The notes under the pieces are model-generated. The model did no database searches. It was not told where the DNA came from and saw only the letters and a list, made by a program, of their open reading frames with translations. Below are positions 53,017-64,000 of a stretch of 64,000 nucleotides of DNA, piece by piece. The stretch comes from Lytechinus pictus (Eukaryota): NCBI RefSeq assembly GCF_037042905.1, contig NC_087251.1, positions 11,224,001 through 11,288,000 of the forward strand, read 5' to 3'. Both the position numbers and the translations under genes were made by a program. Each line of letters starts with the position of its first letter. Positions within the stretch are counted from its first letter, which is position 1.

Positions 53017-53119
53017 ATGCAGAGCTTTCAAGTTATTGAAGAAACACCGCAGTACTGTGTTGAAACGTTTGGACCATCGCTTCCTGTCCTAATAACAGAA
53101 GTACTTTTACAAGCTGATC
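53017..53119 (+). CDS. NUP133: NUP133 first visible coding exon
   Basis: VETFGPSLPVLITE motif; consensus donor gtaagt at 53120; start codon uncertain. Confidence 0.85.
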
Positions 53120-56100
53120 GTAAGTGTTAATTTTTATTTTTGTTTAATTCGTCAATACAAAGTGCAATACAAGTGAATGTGTTGTACGGTACCATCTATT
53201 GAAATCTGTGTAGGCCTACCGGTTTTCATTAAAACCTTATCGGAACGTGAGGTCTGGATCTTGATTAACGTTAGATTGATAAGTATAATAACTGAGACAA
53301 CGATAATAATAATTGTTATTATAATAATTATAATTTTAATAATACTAATTATGATTAATAATTATTGAGACAACCATATTAAAATAGGGTGTCTGGAGAA
53401 AAAATTATTTTTCTTATTTCAAGAAAATATCACATTTTCTTTGTGAATTTGAAGAGAAATGACCTTCAGACTGACAGAAATGTAACATTTTTGAAAAAAA
53501 TCCAATTATTGGCTGCAAAAAAGAAGAATGAAATTGGGTAAGTTTTCAGCATTTCTCTGCCATAGACTGTGTAGTTAAGAAATGGACACACACAAATCCA
53601 AATTTTTAGCTTCCGAGAGCTGTTATAAGTTTATTATTAATGCCAAAAACTTGTCCATAGTGAGTCCAATAGGATTTTTTATGCTCTATCTGATGGTATG
53701 ATTTTTATAAAGATTTGGAAACCAGATCACAATGAAAAATTGGGACAAAGTGAAACAAATCGTGCAAAACAGAAATTTCATTTTCCCATAGAAAACGCAT
53801 GGAGAAATGGCAATCTCAACACACACAAAAATAAGGGTTTGCAATTTATCTCTAAATATCCTTATTTAAAATGATCATATAAACTTGTCCTTACTATCAA
53901 AAGAAGCCCCTGAATTTTCTCTTTCCATACATGCCAAACACAAGTTAATAATCAATTCAGATCACATTTTTCTAGTAGCCTGAACTTCCCCCCCAAAATG
54001 TGCCATATTTTCCCCTAAATTAGCCTGTTTTATGCTGACACTTTTCAGTGTGGCTTCAGACACCCTAATTAAAATAATGTTAGTGAGACACTTTCTTTGA
54101 CTTGTCTTTGACTGAGGCTGAGCTGAGTCTGAAGTGAGACAACAAATTCACCTAGGCCTATAGGTATGTTGCAAAAAAAAAAAAAAAAAAAAGAAGAGAA
54201 ATGAGGTGTTTGCTTCATAGCATCATTTAGAGCTGATCAAGAACTTTCATTTAATACCTCATTCATTTCAAGAGCCCCAGTAACAAGAAAGTTATGGTAG
54301 TTTTAAGTTCGCACAAATCGACTCTTCAATTTGTTTTTAAAAACAAAAGTTGTGATCTTAATTGGGACCAAGGTGCACTAATATAATAGAAAACAACAAT
54401 GCGCATACATTGGCAAATGGAAGTGCCCAACAACACTCCCAAAAATTACAGACATCGCCGAAACAGGGACATAAAAAACACACTTAGCGTCAGCAGATTT
54501 CTTTCAAATTTCACCACAATGTAGTTGAAATGTTGTTCTATCGGAATGAATACCTGTTAGAGTGGGATGATACCTGTAATTGAATAGCAAGAGGTTGAAA
54601 GCAAGGCCAAAGTTCCAGTAGCACACAGAGCTGCAAGATCACCGAGTGAGATTTTTGTTCAAGTCTAGACAGCTGCCATAAACATTCAACTACGTAAAAA
54701 CAATAATGTCATTGGGAATAACCTTTTCTTGCACATGCAAACACAATACAAAGCAATGCCCCCCCCCCCCAGTCACCCTGAGATTATAGGCAGCACACTC
54801 AATGCCGCATTCAGAATGCACCTAGAGGTAGGGCGCTTTTGCAACATACCTACAACAAAAAATTTATGAATATTTAGAATTAAGTTAGACTAGATCTAAC
54901 CTAACGTCCATGCGCAGTGAGTCGCCATTGGCAATAATCGGCGATCTTCAACCTTCAATTTTGCACCAAAAAAAATTCTTACCCAAATCGTCGCCCGAGA
55001 AAAATGGCAGCTAAAATTCGCACCGTACGGATCCAGTTTGCAAGTCTGACTTTGACTGCGCTAGGGCTAGGACTAAAACCCGAGTACCCGGGTCTCGCCC
55101 GGAAGCCTCGGGTACCCGGGTAGAAAAATCAATACCCGAAAATTGCTTACCAGTATTTGATTTGTATTGCGTAGTGTAAGACATGATTGTAACTCATCAC
55201 AAAAGTACACAAGTCTCATTTTGAATCTCACCAATTACCCTCGAAATATCCATAAATATACAAGTTTTTCAAGTGATGATGTGACTGAGATCGTTCGATC
55301 GTCGCCATGTTTCTTTTGCAGCTTGAGCATACGAAGCGCCAGCCAACCACGTTCGTGTTACTATTTTCAGTTCATCATAAACTGGAAATAAGGTTTATCG
55401 CTAATCAGAATTGCAATGCATCATGGGATCGAAAAGGGGACCGTTAGCTAGCTCTGCACGTGCGCAGAGCTTGCTAACGGCCCCCTTTTCGATCCCATGA
55501 TGCATTGCGGTTCTGATTAACGATATACCTTATGGTAACACGATCGTGATTGGCTGGCGCATTCGGCGCTCCAAAACTACCCGGAAATCAATTGACTCTG
55601 TGCATGTAGCGATAGATTCTACAAACTCACGAACACGATGTAATATCGACGCTACTTCGTAAGATTTTGACGGAAAAGCAAGAAGTAATCAAAATTTGCT
55701 TACCTGTGTGGTATCGGTGAGAAAACAGATCCTCTGAGAAAATATTTCATAAATAATATGAAATATAGGAAAGTAGAATTCTAGGTCGATTTTGGTACGA
55801 AGTGACAAAGTATTGCAGACTTGTTTTGATGGAATAATGCGTGGGGCACGGGAGGCTTGCACTGCGCATGCTTACTATATTTTCATTCATAAGTTTGCTT
55901 GCGGCGCAGTGGCTGGATGACGTCACCTATGGGGTTTTTCCACCAGTCATATTTCATGCGACATGATTTTCGGGTACCCGCCCGAAAATTACCACGGGTA
56001 CCCGAAGACAAAAATACCCGAAAGTCCCAGGCCTAGACTGCGCTAAACTCCTGTTTCTTTTGCTGGATCTTTTAACCAAACGTTGCAGCATTTCAGGGAA

Positions 56101-59100
56101 TTACTGAGGATTAATGTCAGATGCCACAAGACACTTTTCAACATTGCAAATAATTTCTAGAACCATTTTGGTCAGAAAGTGACAGGTGAGTGGCGCAACA
56201 ATAAAAAATTGCACATGGTGACTCACTGCGCATGGACGTTATAGATCTGATCATGACGGTTATCAATCATAATTAAAATAATTATTGAGACAACAATGAT
56301 AATAATGAGACAATAATGATAATGAGACAATAATAATATTGTTTTTATTGAGACAACAATAATAACTTCTTTTTTTTATTTGATAGCATTTATTCCATTC
56401 ATCATAAAAACAAATACAAGGTACATACAAAGTTTACATAAATTACATGGGAAAATTGCAAATATTACAATGATAAAATCTGGGAAACAGTTGAATTAAA
56501 AGAAAAGATTGTACATGATTTATAAATGAATGAGGAGGCAACTAGAAAGGGAAAGCCTTATTAGCGCTGCCACCTTTACAGAATCTGGAAACTGAATATA
56601 TATATGATATTGTAAAATACATGATGTAATAAATACTGAATACCAGATATAAACATTGAACATAAAAGGGGAAAATACAAATTATAACATTAAAAAACTA
56701 TAATGATTATGAAGAGGATCTGACTTCAATACCAAGTATTCAGAAGAAGACTCGGACAGAGCTGACAGAGATTGAATTCAGGGAACAAGACATAGAAGAG
56801 ATACTGTCCAAGCTTGGACATTAATAAGTCTCCTGGCCCAGATGGAATCAGCTCCAGAGTATTAAGAGAAGTTTATAAGGAGATAACTAGTACATCATTT
56901 AAGATAATCTTTACGAATCTGATGGAAGAGGGTACTGTTCCTGAGTGATGGAGTCAAGCTTAGCCAGGAGGTTCCTGGAGATTAATGTCATATCACTGAC
57001 GTGCTTAATCTCCACGGAGCCAGGGATGGGATGCCATTGCTCTATGCGCACCAAGTATTTTGGCAACAACAAAGTTGTTGCCAAAATACTTGTTTTCTTA
57101 AGGGTTTTGAGCCCAAACTTATGTAAATGGGCTACAATACAATTTAGACCCTTTTTTAAACTAAAGGGTCATATTGTAAAATAATATTTATTATCAAAAA
57201 ATTGAAAATATTTAAAGTAGAGGAGCGTTTACTCACAGTCTGTTATTGTCGCCATCTTGCCATCTTTGTTATAGCCTAGCTATAAGACGCGTATAGAGGG
57301 CGATAATATCATGAGCAGTGCCCAAAAAATACTTGCATCGGCCGATAAATATCATGAATCGTAAAATACTTGCATCGGCCGATAAATATCATAAAGATCT
57401 TGAATGTTTTTAAATTTAGTACATTCCAGTATATATTTTGGAAAGGTGGTAAGCTGATTATATACACTATTATTTTCTCTTTATTATTGCGCCCCTTTTC
57501 GCCCATCAAAAGGGTGAATTAAGTAGTAATCGAATCTTGCGCTCCCCTTTCTCCATTGATGCTGTAGCTAAGCGTTGGTCGAACCTCCACCATTACGAGC
57601 CCAATGGCCGTCATTGGTCGATTGACGAAGGGGATACCGTGTAGCCAGACAAAGTCTTAGCGGAGCATATCCCTGACAGAAATAGACCTATATATCGGTC
57701 TAGATCTGGATGTGCACAGTGCATGTCATAAGTACGATGCGGGGGCGCATTTAGCCTAGAGGACTCTGATGATATTTTTATCATATTTGTCTTTTCATCA
57801 CAGAGCCTAGACACTGGGGCTACAGACCTGCATGTCGTACATGGTAAACAATGACGGATTTCCCTTGAAAATCCATATTTACATGTACCACATTAATTTT
57901 GGGAAAAATAGAATTAACCTTGTACTGTATTCCACTTTAATCCATATAAAGGATTTAGAAAATATCAATAACAAAAGATGAAATTAAAAGGTTTCTTACC
58001 AGACAGACCTATCTCTTAATTGCAGCTACTAAATGTTCCCACGCTTTATAACACAATTGGCAGAACTCGCTTCCCATTGATGTAAGGACGGTGAACTACC
58101 GTTATGAGGCACTGTTTGTAACACAATTTTATACTCAATTTATTATTTAACAAATGATAATTATTTGCATCACATTTTAGTTGTGAATAATTATGTATAA
58201 AAAGTATTTTGAAAAAGGCACATGGTTAGCATGATTTTATGAAGTGACCTAAATCCCCTGTTTTTGTAAAAATTAGCAGTTTCTGAAATGCATACTTGTA
58301 CTTCTTTTCAAATATTAAAAGAATAAAGTCAAATTTTGCATCTTATGAAAGGGTAGAATGTATGCTTTAAATTGGTGCAGGGTGCGACATAAGCGCTTGC
58401 CCGATTGCCCGGGGCAAGTAAAAGTTAGAGTCGGGCAAGTGTTTTGAAGCAAAGTCAAAAACTGATTGCCCGAATCGGGCAAGCAAAATTCTCCTATGGA
58501 AATTATATTTTACTTAGAAAGATTCCCCATGTTTCACCATCAAAATATAGAAAAGAAAAAGAGACACAAAAAAGGCAATATCATTAATTTTCTTCTTTCA
58601 AAAAGTCTTAAGTTTTGTGGCGTGGCGGTCCGTCGTCTGTCGTCAGTCACACAAAATGCTTCTTCTTTAATTGTTGACCGATCATGATTCGAATTGCAAA
58701 ATTTGCGCCATTTTCTGCAATTAACACACAGCTCAGAGACGTACACACACACACAGAATCAATGACAGTCTAGCATACCTAGCTAGCTAGCGCCTAGTCC
58801 ACGCAGCCGATGCACATGCATGTAGTTTCTACGGAGTACGATGCTGCACGAACGAAGTTTGCTCTGGAAGAAATCTCCTACAGAACTGTCAAATTCACAT
58901 TTCTTACCAATAAAAAAATTCATGTAATGTCCATATTTCCTAAAAATTGGGGTAGCTCTGTCATTTGTAAGCAGTAAAAGGAGGATTTTCACTTCTGTTA
59001 TGCTTCAAAAAGATTGGGTTTCGAATGATCGTCTGTATCGCACACACAGAAATACATTGTTTTGACAGTCCCACATATGCATTGTGTGTATGTTGATAAA

Positions 59101-62100
59101 CGTGGTTTCTTTCGTAACTGTTTTTTTTTAGCCAAGGAAATTGATAAATTTTCTTCTTTATTTATGACTGGATAGTTTGAGCTTTCTTCCTCTCTATTTT
59201 CTTTCTTTCTGCCTATCTCTCCTTCTTTTCTTTTCAATCTTTCCTTTTGGATCTCTCTTTATTTCTTTAAATTTCCTTCCTTCTTTTGTTAATTTTTTCT
59301 GTTACTATAGCTGTCTTTCTTTTTGTCATTCTTTTCTTTCTATCTTTTTATCTTTCTTCCTTCCATTGATCCAACCTTTGTTTACCACTTTCTTTAATCC
59401 TTCCTTCTTTTTCCCCTTCCTTTCATTCTTTCTTACTGTCTTCCTTCCGTCCATCCATTCTTTACCTTTTCTTCCTGTCTTTTTTTCTTCCTAACTTTCT
59501 TCATTCCTTTCATTCTTTCTTTCTTTATTTCTTTCCTTCATTCCTTTCTTTCTTTCTGATTTTCTTTATATCTGTCTTTCGTTCTTTTGATCTTTCTTTT
59601 TTCCATCCATCCTTTCTTTTCTTCCTTATTTTTTCTTTCTGCCTTCCTTCATTCCTTCCTTCATTTCTTTCTGTCTTTCGTTCTATCTTTCTTTTCTTTC
59701 TTTCTTTTTTCCTTCCTTCCATCTATCCTTATACCTTTTCTTTCTTCCTTCTTTCCTTTCTCTCGTTTTCTTTCTTTCTCTTTTCCTTCCTTCCATCAGT
59801 CCTTAACCTTTTCTTTTTCTCTTCGTTTCTTCCTTTCTTTCTTTTTTTCTTCGTTCCTTTTTTTCCTTTCTTCCTTTCTCTTCCCCTCATTTTTTTTTCT
59901 CTCTATTTTTCTTTCTTTCCTTTTTTCTTTCTGATTTTCTTTTTTTGTCTTTCGTTCTTTTGATCTTTTTTTTTTCCATCCATCCTTTCTTTTCTTCCTT
60001 ATTTTTTCGTTCTGCCTTCCTTCATCTCTTTCCTTCATTTCTTCCTTCATTTCTTTCTGTCTTTCATTTTATCTTTTTTTTTTTTTTTTTCCTTCCTTCC
60101 ATCTATCCTTATACCTTTTCTTTCTTCCTTCTTTCCTTTCTCTCGTTTTATTTCTTTTCCTTCCTTCCATCAGTCCTTTACCTTTTCTTTTTCTCTTTTC
60201 TTTCTTTTTACCTTTTTTCTTTCTTTTTCTTTTTTTATTTGTTCCCTTCTTTCCTTCCCTTCTTTCTATCTCTTCCCCTCAGTTTTTTTTAATTTCTTTC
60301 TTTTTTCTTTCCATCCTTCTTTCTTCATTTCTTTCTTTCTTTCCATCTTTCTCATCCCCGCAGCCATTCTCTCTCTCTCTCTCTCTTTATTTCTTTTTTT
60401 TCTTTCTTCCTTTATTTCTTCGTCCTTTCTCTGGTTATTTTCAGTGATTTCCCCTTTTTTTATTGTGTATCCTAGTCCCCTCCAAAATATATGGAAAATG
60501 TATGAGATTAGGGAATTAATTAAAGAGCATATTGACCCTATATTTTGTCATGATGTTCAAGATAAAAATCATTAAAAAAAAAGAAATACAACTACAAGGT
60601 ACATCAGTAGTCATGTTGAAAAATGTATTTTTAAAGCCTTTAACTTGTTTTGAAGCAATAAAACTTTGTTTTGAAGGATTTTTTCGGGCAAGTGAAATCT
60701 ATATTCGGGCAAGTATTTTCCAACTATTTGAAAATTTACTTGCCCGACTGGGCAAGTGCTTCAAAAAAGTTATGTAGCACCCTGATTGGTGTACATGATT
60801 ACCATGGCTTCTTTCAAAGTTATGAGTGTAAAAAAACACTGAAACTTTGAACTCTTTTATCTCGAGATTGTGTTTTAGAGACCAGTGCGAGTTCGTAAAA
60901 TCACTGATGTCAATGATGAATAGGTTTTTTTATTGTCCAGTTCATGTGCTTATTGGATTATAGCACTTATTAAATACTCAACTCTTTACACCACTCCTAG
61001 TGCCAATGAGGTCAAAACATAAAAGTTTTAACCTCATAGGTGACAATAGCGCATAAACATGTACGGGGTGGTGCATTTGTAGAAAGTCAGCACCCACGGT
61101 AACACACACGGAAATAAAAGGAAGGGGAAAGCTGATCGAGCGTGAAGAAGTGTTGCCCGCAATCGTACGTAGTCACGTGACTGCTGCCATCTTGCTAGTC
61201 CCTTTAGCGTTCATCTGCAATGCAAACGAGTGTGATTTCCGTGTCATTTGCTGCTTGAAATTACTGCACGAAACGGAAATATGTCGTGTTTTCTGCATTT
61301 AACTGCACCAATATACAACGGAAATGATGTGGAAAGACTTTTCACTTGTGTTTATACTCAACTTTTCTGTAAATAAGATCGATTTTCTTAGAATGTCATT
61401 CAGAAAAACTAAAGAAAAGTGTTGTCCCGCATACTGCAGAAAGTGTTGGGAATTGACTGTTCGTATTTCAGTTTGGTTTATTTTCATGTCCTGCAAAATA
61501 TAAAAGGCCTACAGTTTGATATTCGAAAAGTAAGAAAACATAAACGATATAATAGTACACTATTATAATTGAATAGACATTTTTCAAAATGGTAATATCA
61601 TTTAAATTTGCAGATTAGAGATGCACACATGAAGGGAAAATAAAAGCAGTGCTTGTATTTTTATAGTTTCCTCATATAATCAATTCGGATAAGTATCATC
61701 AATTTGTTGTATTATGATTATAAAAAAGAGAGAAAATAAATATGCTTTAAAAACAAGGATGGGCTGGCGATGTTAAAAGGAACATATTCAAAAGTCCTGT
61801 GATTATAATTATGTGTACCAAATGAAGGTTATTTTGGTAAAGATTTTTTTTTCAAAAAAAAAAGTTTTACCACAAAATGAAGGATCCAAAATATAGGGTC
61901 AGTACTTGATTAAGTTGAAGATGAGAGACGAACATACAGAAAGATAAGAATTTGAAGAGAAAATAAGAGCAGAGCTTGTAATTTATAGTTTCCTTATAAG
62001 ATTAACTCACTAGTATTGCCAATTTGTTTTATGTTAGGCCTATTATAAAAGAAAATTAGAGAGAGAGAAAAAAAAAACATACTCAGTTAAAAACATGCAG

Positions 62101-63335
62101 GGACAGAGAAGAAAAAAAGATGAGGGTGGACTGGCGATATTCAGCAGGAAGAGCCCTGTGATTATTCTTAAGGCATGTTAAGAGCACTGGCAGATCGATC
62201 CAGGGGGGGGGGCAGTGGCTCGTGTCCAGGCCCCCTCCCCCTTTGAGAGCCACAATAAAAATATTTACTGCAAATATGCCGTTTTTACACGAGTGTACCC
62301 CCTTTTGAAAGTCACTGAATATATTTCTTTAATAGTAATAATATATTTCATACACAAAACAGACCCTTCTTTTTTTTTTTGCTTTTCAAATTTGACGTGG
62401 ACGAAATTTCCTTCCATTTTAGGTGAAAACCCTTTTTTTTTTTGCTTGTCAAATTTTCTTCGGGAAAATGTGCCCCCCTTTTTGTCTCACCTGCATAGCA
62501 GAGTGAGACTATAGGCACCACTTTTCCGACGACGGCGTCAACACCAAATCTTAACCGAAGGTCAAGTTTTTAGCTCATCCGGAAGGGCCAGATGAGCTTG
62601 TGGCGTGGCGGTCTGTCGTCCGTCACACAAAATACTTCTTCTTTAATTGTTGACCGATTTTGATTTTTTTTCTTCCATCTGGTAGAACTTCATGAGGTTC
62701 ACCAAACTTCTACACAGAAGATTGAAATTTTCATTAGAAAATTATTTATGCTAATTTATGCGAAATTTATTCATAAATCACATAAAATGCCCCTTCTTCT
62801 TTATTTGTTGACAGATTTTGATTTTTTTTTCTTCCATCTGGTAGAGCTCCATAGGTTCACCAAAATTGTACACTAAATTTTGAAATTTTGTCTAGAAAAT
62901 TATTCATGCTAATTTATGCAAAATTTATTCATAAATCACAAAAAATGTTTTTTCTCCTTTTTTTGTTGATCAATTTCAATTTTGTTTGCTTTATATGATA
63001 GCTCTAGGTGGTGATACAAAATTTCAACACAGAATTTTGAAACTCATTGAATATGCTAATTCATTCATATATTTTCAAAACTCACAAAAAATACTTATAT
63101 ATTTATTGATTGATTTTGATTATTTTTTTTGTTCCATCTGAGAGCTACATGAGGTTCACCAAGGTTCTACAGTTCGATCAGTTTCTTTTGGAACCCAGTT
63201 CATATAAAATTATATAATCTGTTATTTCCAGGTTCTGCAAATATCAGTGTAAAGCTAGATAATTCAGGATGGGCATGTCTTGTTTGCGATAGACGTCTTT
63301 TCATCTGGAGATACAAGCAGACACAGGCAGCTAGG
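53017..63335 (+). CDS. NUP133: Nucleoporin Nup133 N-terminal beta-propeller, 3'-partial; join(53017..53119,63232..63335), continues beyond window
   Basis: Spliced peptide MQSFQVIEETPQYCVETFGPSLPVLITEVLLQAD-RSANISVKLDNSGWACLVCDRRLFIWRY aligns with remembered human NUP133 (YDVKTFGSSLPVKVMEAL...[20 protein letters not shown]). Donor GATC|gtaagt, acceptor tatttccag|GT, phase 1 consistent. Confidence 0.88.
53385..54067. mobile_element. MITE with TAGGG ends and 7-bp TSD
   Basis: attaaaa|TAGGGTGTCTGGAG ... CTTCAGACACCCTA|attaaaa. Confidence 0.8.
54163..54850. mobile_element. TA-flanked MITE
   Basis: ta|GGTATGTTGCAAAA ... TTTTGCAACATACC|ta. Confidence 0.8.
55062..56035. mobile_element. hAT-type MITE, 8-bp TSD
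   Basis: gactgcgc|TAGGGCTAGGACT ... AGTCCCAGGCCTA|gactgcgc; subterminal TACCCG repeats. Confidence 0.9.
55388..55533. repeat. ~146-bp near-perfect palindrome (possible fold-back MITE, TA-flanked)
   Basis: ATAAGGTTTATCG...GCTCTGCACGTGCGCAGAGC...CGATATACCTTAT. Confidence 0.85.
56700..56950 (+). mobile_element. LINE ORF2 fragment (pre-RT)
   Basis: KSPGPDGISSRVLRE ... IFTNLMEEGTVPE motif. Confidence 0.75.
58378..60784. mobile_element. Non-autonomous element with CAGGG ends and 7-bp TSD, carrying a long polypyrimidine tract
   Basis: attggtg|CAGGGTGCGACATAA ... TTATGTAGCACCCTG|attggtg; subterminal TTGCCCG/CGGGCAAG repeats. Confidence 0.85.
59180..60430. repeat. CT-rich low-complexity tract with internal ~370-bp duplication
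   Basis: TTTC/TTCC repeats; TCTTTCGTTCTTTTGATCTTT...CCATCCATCC block at ~59575 and ~59948. Confidence 0.9.
62479..62569 (+). mobile_element. 5' end of a HINE (same family as 45930), cut by a second HINE family
   Basis: TTTTTGTCTCACCTGCATAGCAGAGTGAGACTATAGG...CTTAACCGAAGG. Confidence 0.85.
62568..63172 (+). mobile_element. Second HINE/DINE-like family, 3'-truncated
   Basis: TTTTAGCTCATC...GATGAGCT 5' hairpin, CGTC microsatellite, ~160-bp tandem units; related fragment at ~58612-58682. Confidence 0.7.
63232..63335 (+). CDS. NUP133: NUP133 second visible coding exon
   Basis: SGWACLVCDRRLFIW motif; ag/gt boundaries in phase. Confidence 0.88.
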
Positions 63336-63582
63336 GTAATTTATATATTATCTTTCCATATTAGCTTGTAATTTTCACCTTGTTCAACATGTAGTCACAT
63401 TGTTCATTTGCATGATTAATATGCTTGTATACTCCCTTGGATGATACTTTTATATTTTGGTATGATTGAATTTAGAAATAATGATAACAAAAATTAAACA
63501 ACAAAATTTCTTTCATTAATATCTTGTCCATAATTTTTAATTGATTTATAGATGATAACTTATTTGGTTTAATGTAGTTTGG

Positions 63583-64000
63583 TTTTGCCTGCAAAGCAGA
63601 AGCGAGACATGGTCACTGCTTTTCTTATGGCAGCTTTGATGACAGTGACATCGTCGACATCAAACTTTAAGTTTTTGAAAGGTCAACATATATTGTGAGA
63701 GTTCATGGTCCTGTGTCATGAAACAGATAACTGTATCGAGTCTCACTTAGGCAGTGTTGGATCAATGTAGAAATATTAATTGTCTCTCATTTAAACATTT
63801 GTATGAATAGAAATTCAGGTCATTTGGGTAAAGGTCAAAGGTAATTTTAAATAGAAAATTGTAATAGAAAATATTTCTTTCAATTTCAATTATCCAATGA
63901 AACTTGTGTATTAAAGATACAAATCAAATGACGTTAGTAGATTACATGTTACCATGTCAAGGTTAAAATCATTTGAGGATAACAGACTTTGGTTTTTATG
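63583..64000 (+). mobile_element. Old diverged HINE copy running off the window
   Basis: GCCTGCAAAGCAGA.GCGAGAC start, AAGTTTTTGAAA and AAGGTCAAAGGT blocks. Confidence 0.5.

Larger units (their letters stand above)
54904..56239. mobile_element. TA-flanked MITE hosting a hAT insertion
   Basis: ta|ACGTCCATGCGCAGTGAGTCGCCAT ... ATGGTGACTCACTGCGCATGGACGT|ta. Confidence 0.85.

Noticed and set aside
59177..60292. Phe/Ser-rich and Lys/Glu/Arg-rich ORFs
   Set aside because: Translations of the CT-rich tract.
62185..62478. G/C-run element start (similar ones at ~44578 and ~47846)
   Set aside because: Probably repeat fragments, but the second terminus and TSD were not found, so they were not annotated.
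1..64000. tRNA, rRNA, snRNA genes or an intact transposase/RT
   Set aside because: None recognised by eye; tRNAscan/Infernal were not run, so short ncRNAs could be missed.

Overview
AT-rich, intron-rich animal genomic DNA; the repeat families look echinoderm/sea-urchin-like, which is an inference. It is not prokaryotic, and most ORF-track ORFs are spurious. Three spliced genes could be assembled by hand with consistent GT-AG sites and phases. (1) ZFYVE19/ANCHR orthologue on + (10 visible exons, 2245-13632; first exon not found, probably upstream of the window). (2) A complete 5-exon, 374-aa, highly divergent Cys-loop (nAChR-like) channel subunit on - (31196-20618). It keeps the nAChR exon scaffold, WxPD and FFLP..GE-R motifs but lacks the aromatic ligand cage, the FPFD Cys-loop (C-X24-C instead of C-X13-C), the pre-M1 Arg, the M2-M3 Pro and nearly all of the M3-M4 loop. 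(3) The first two visible exons of NUP133 on + (53017-53119, 63232-63335). The rest is densely nested DNA-transposon material: Kolobok-type TTAA MITEs, TA-flanked MITEs, elements with 6/7/8-bp TSDs, Helentron/HINE elements with internal tandem arrays, a decayed Academ-like element, LINE remnants and satellites. The most striking structure is a 6.8-kb spacer-less palindrome (31274-38071) of two PIF/Harbinger-type elements in opposite orientation sharing one TTA target, 77 bp upstream of the receptor start codon. All homology calls come from remembered motifs, not database searches.
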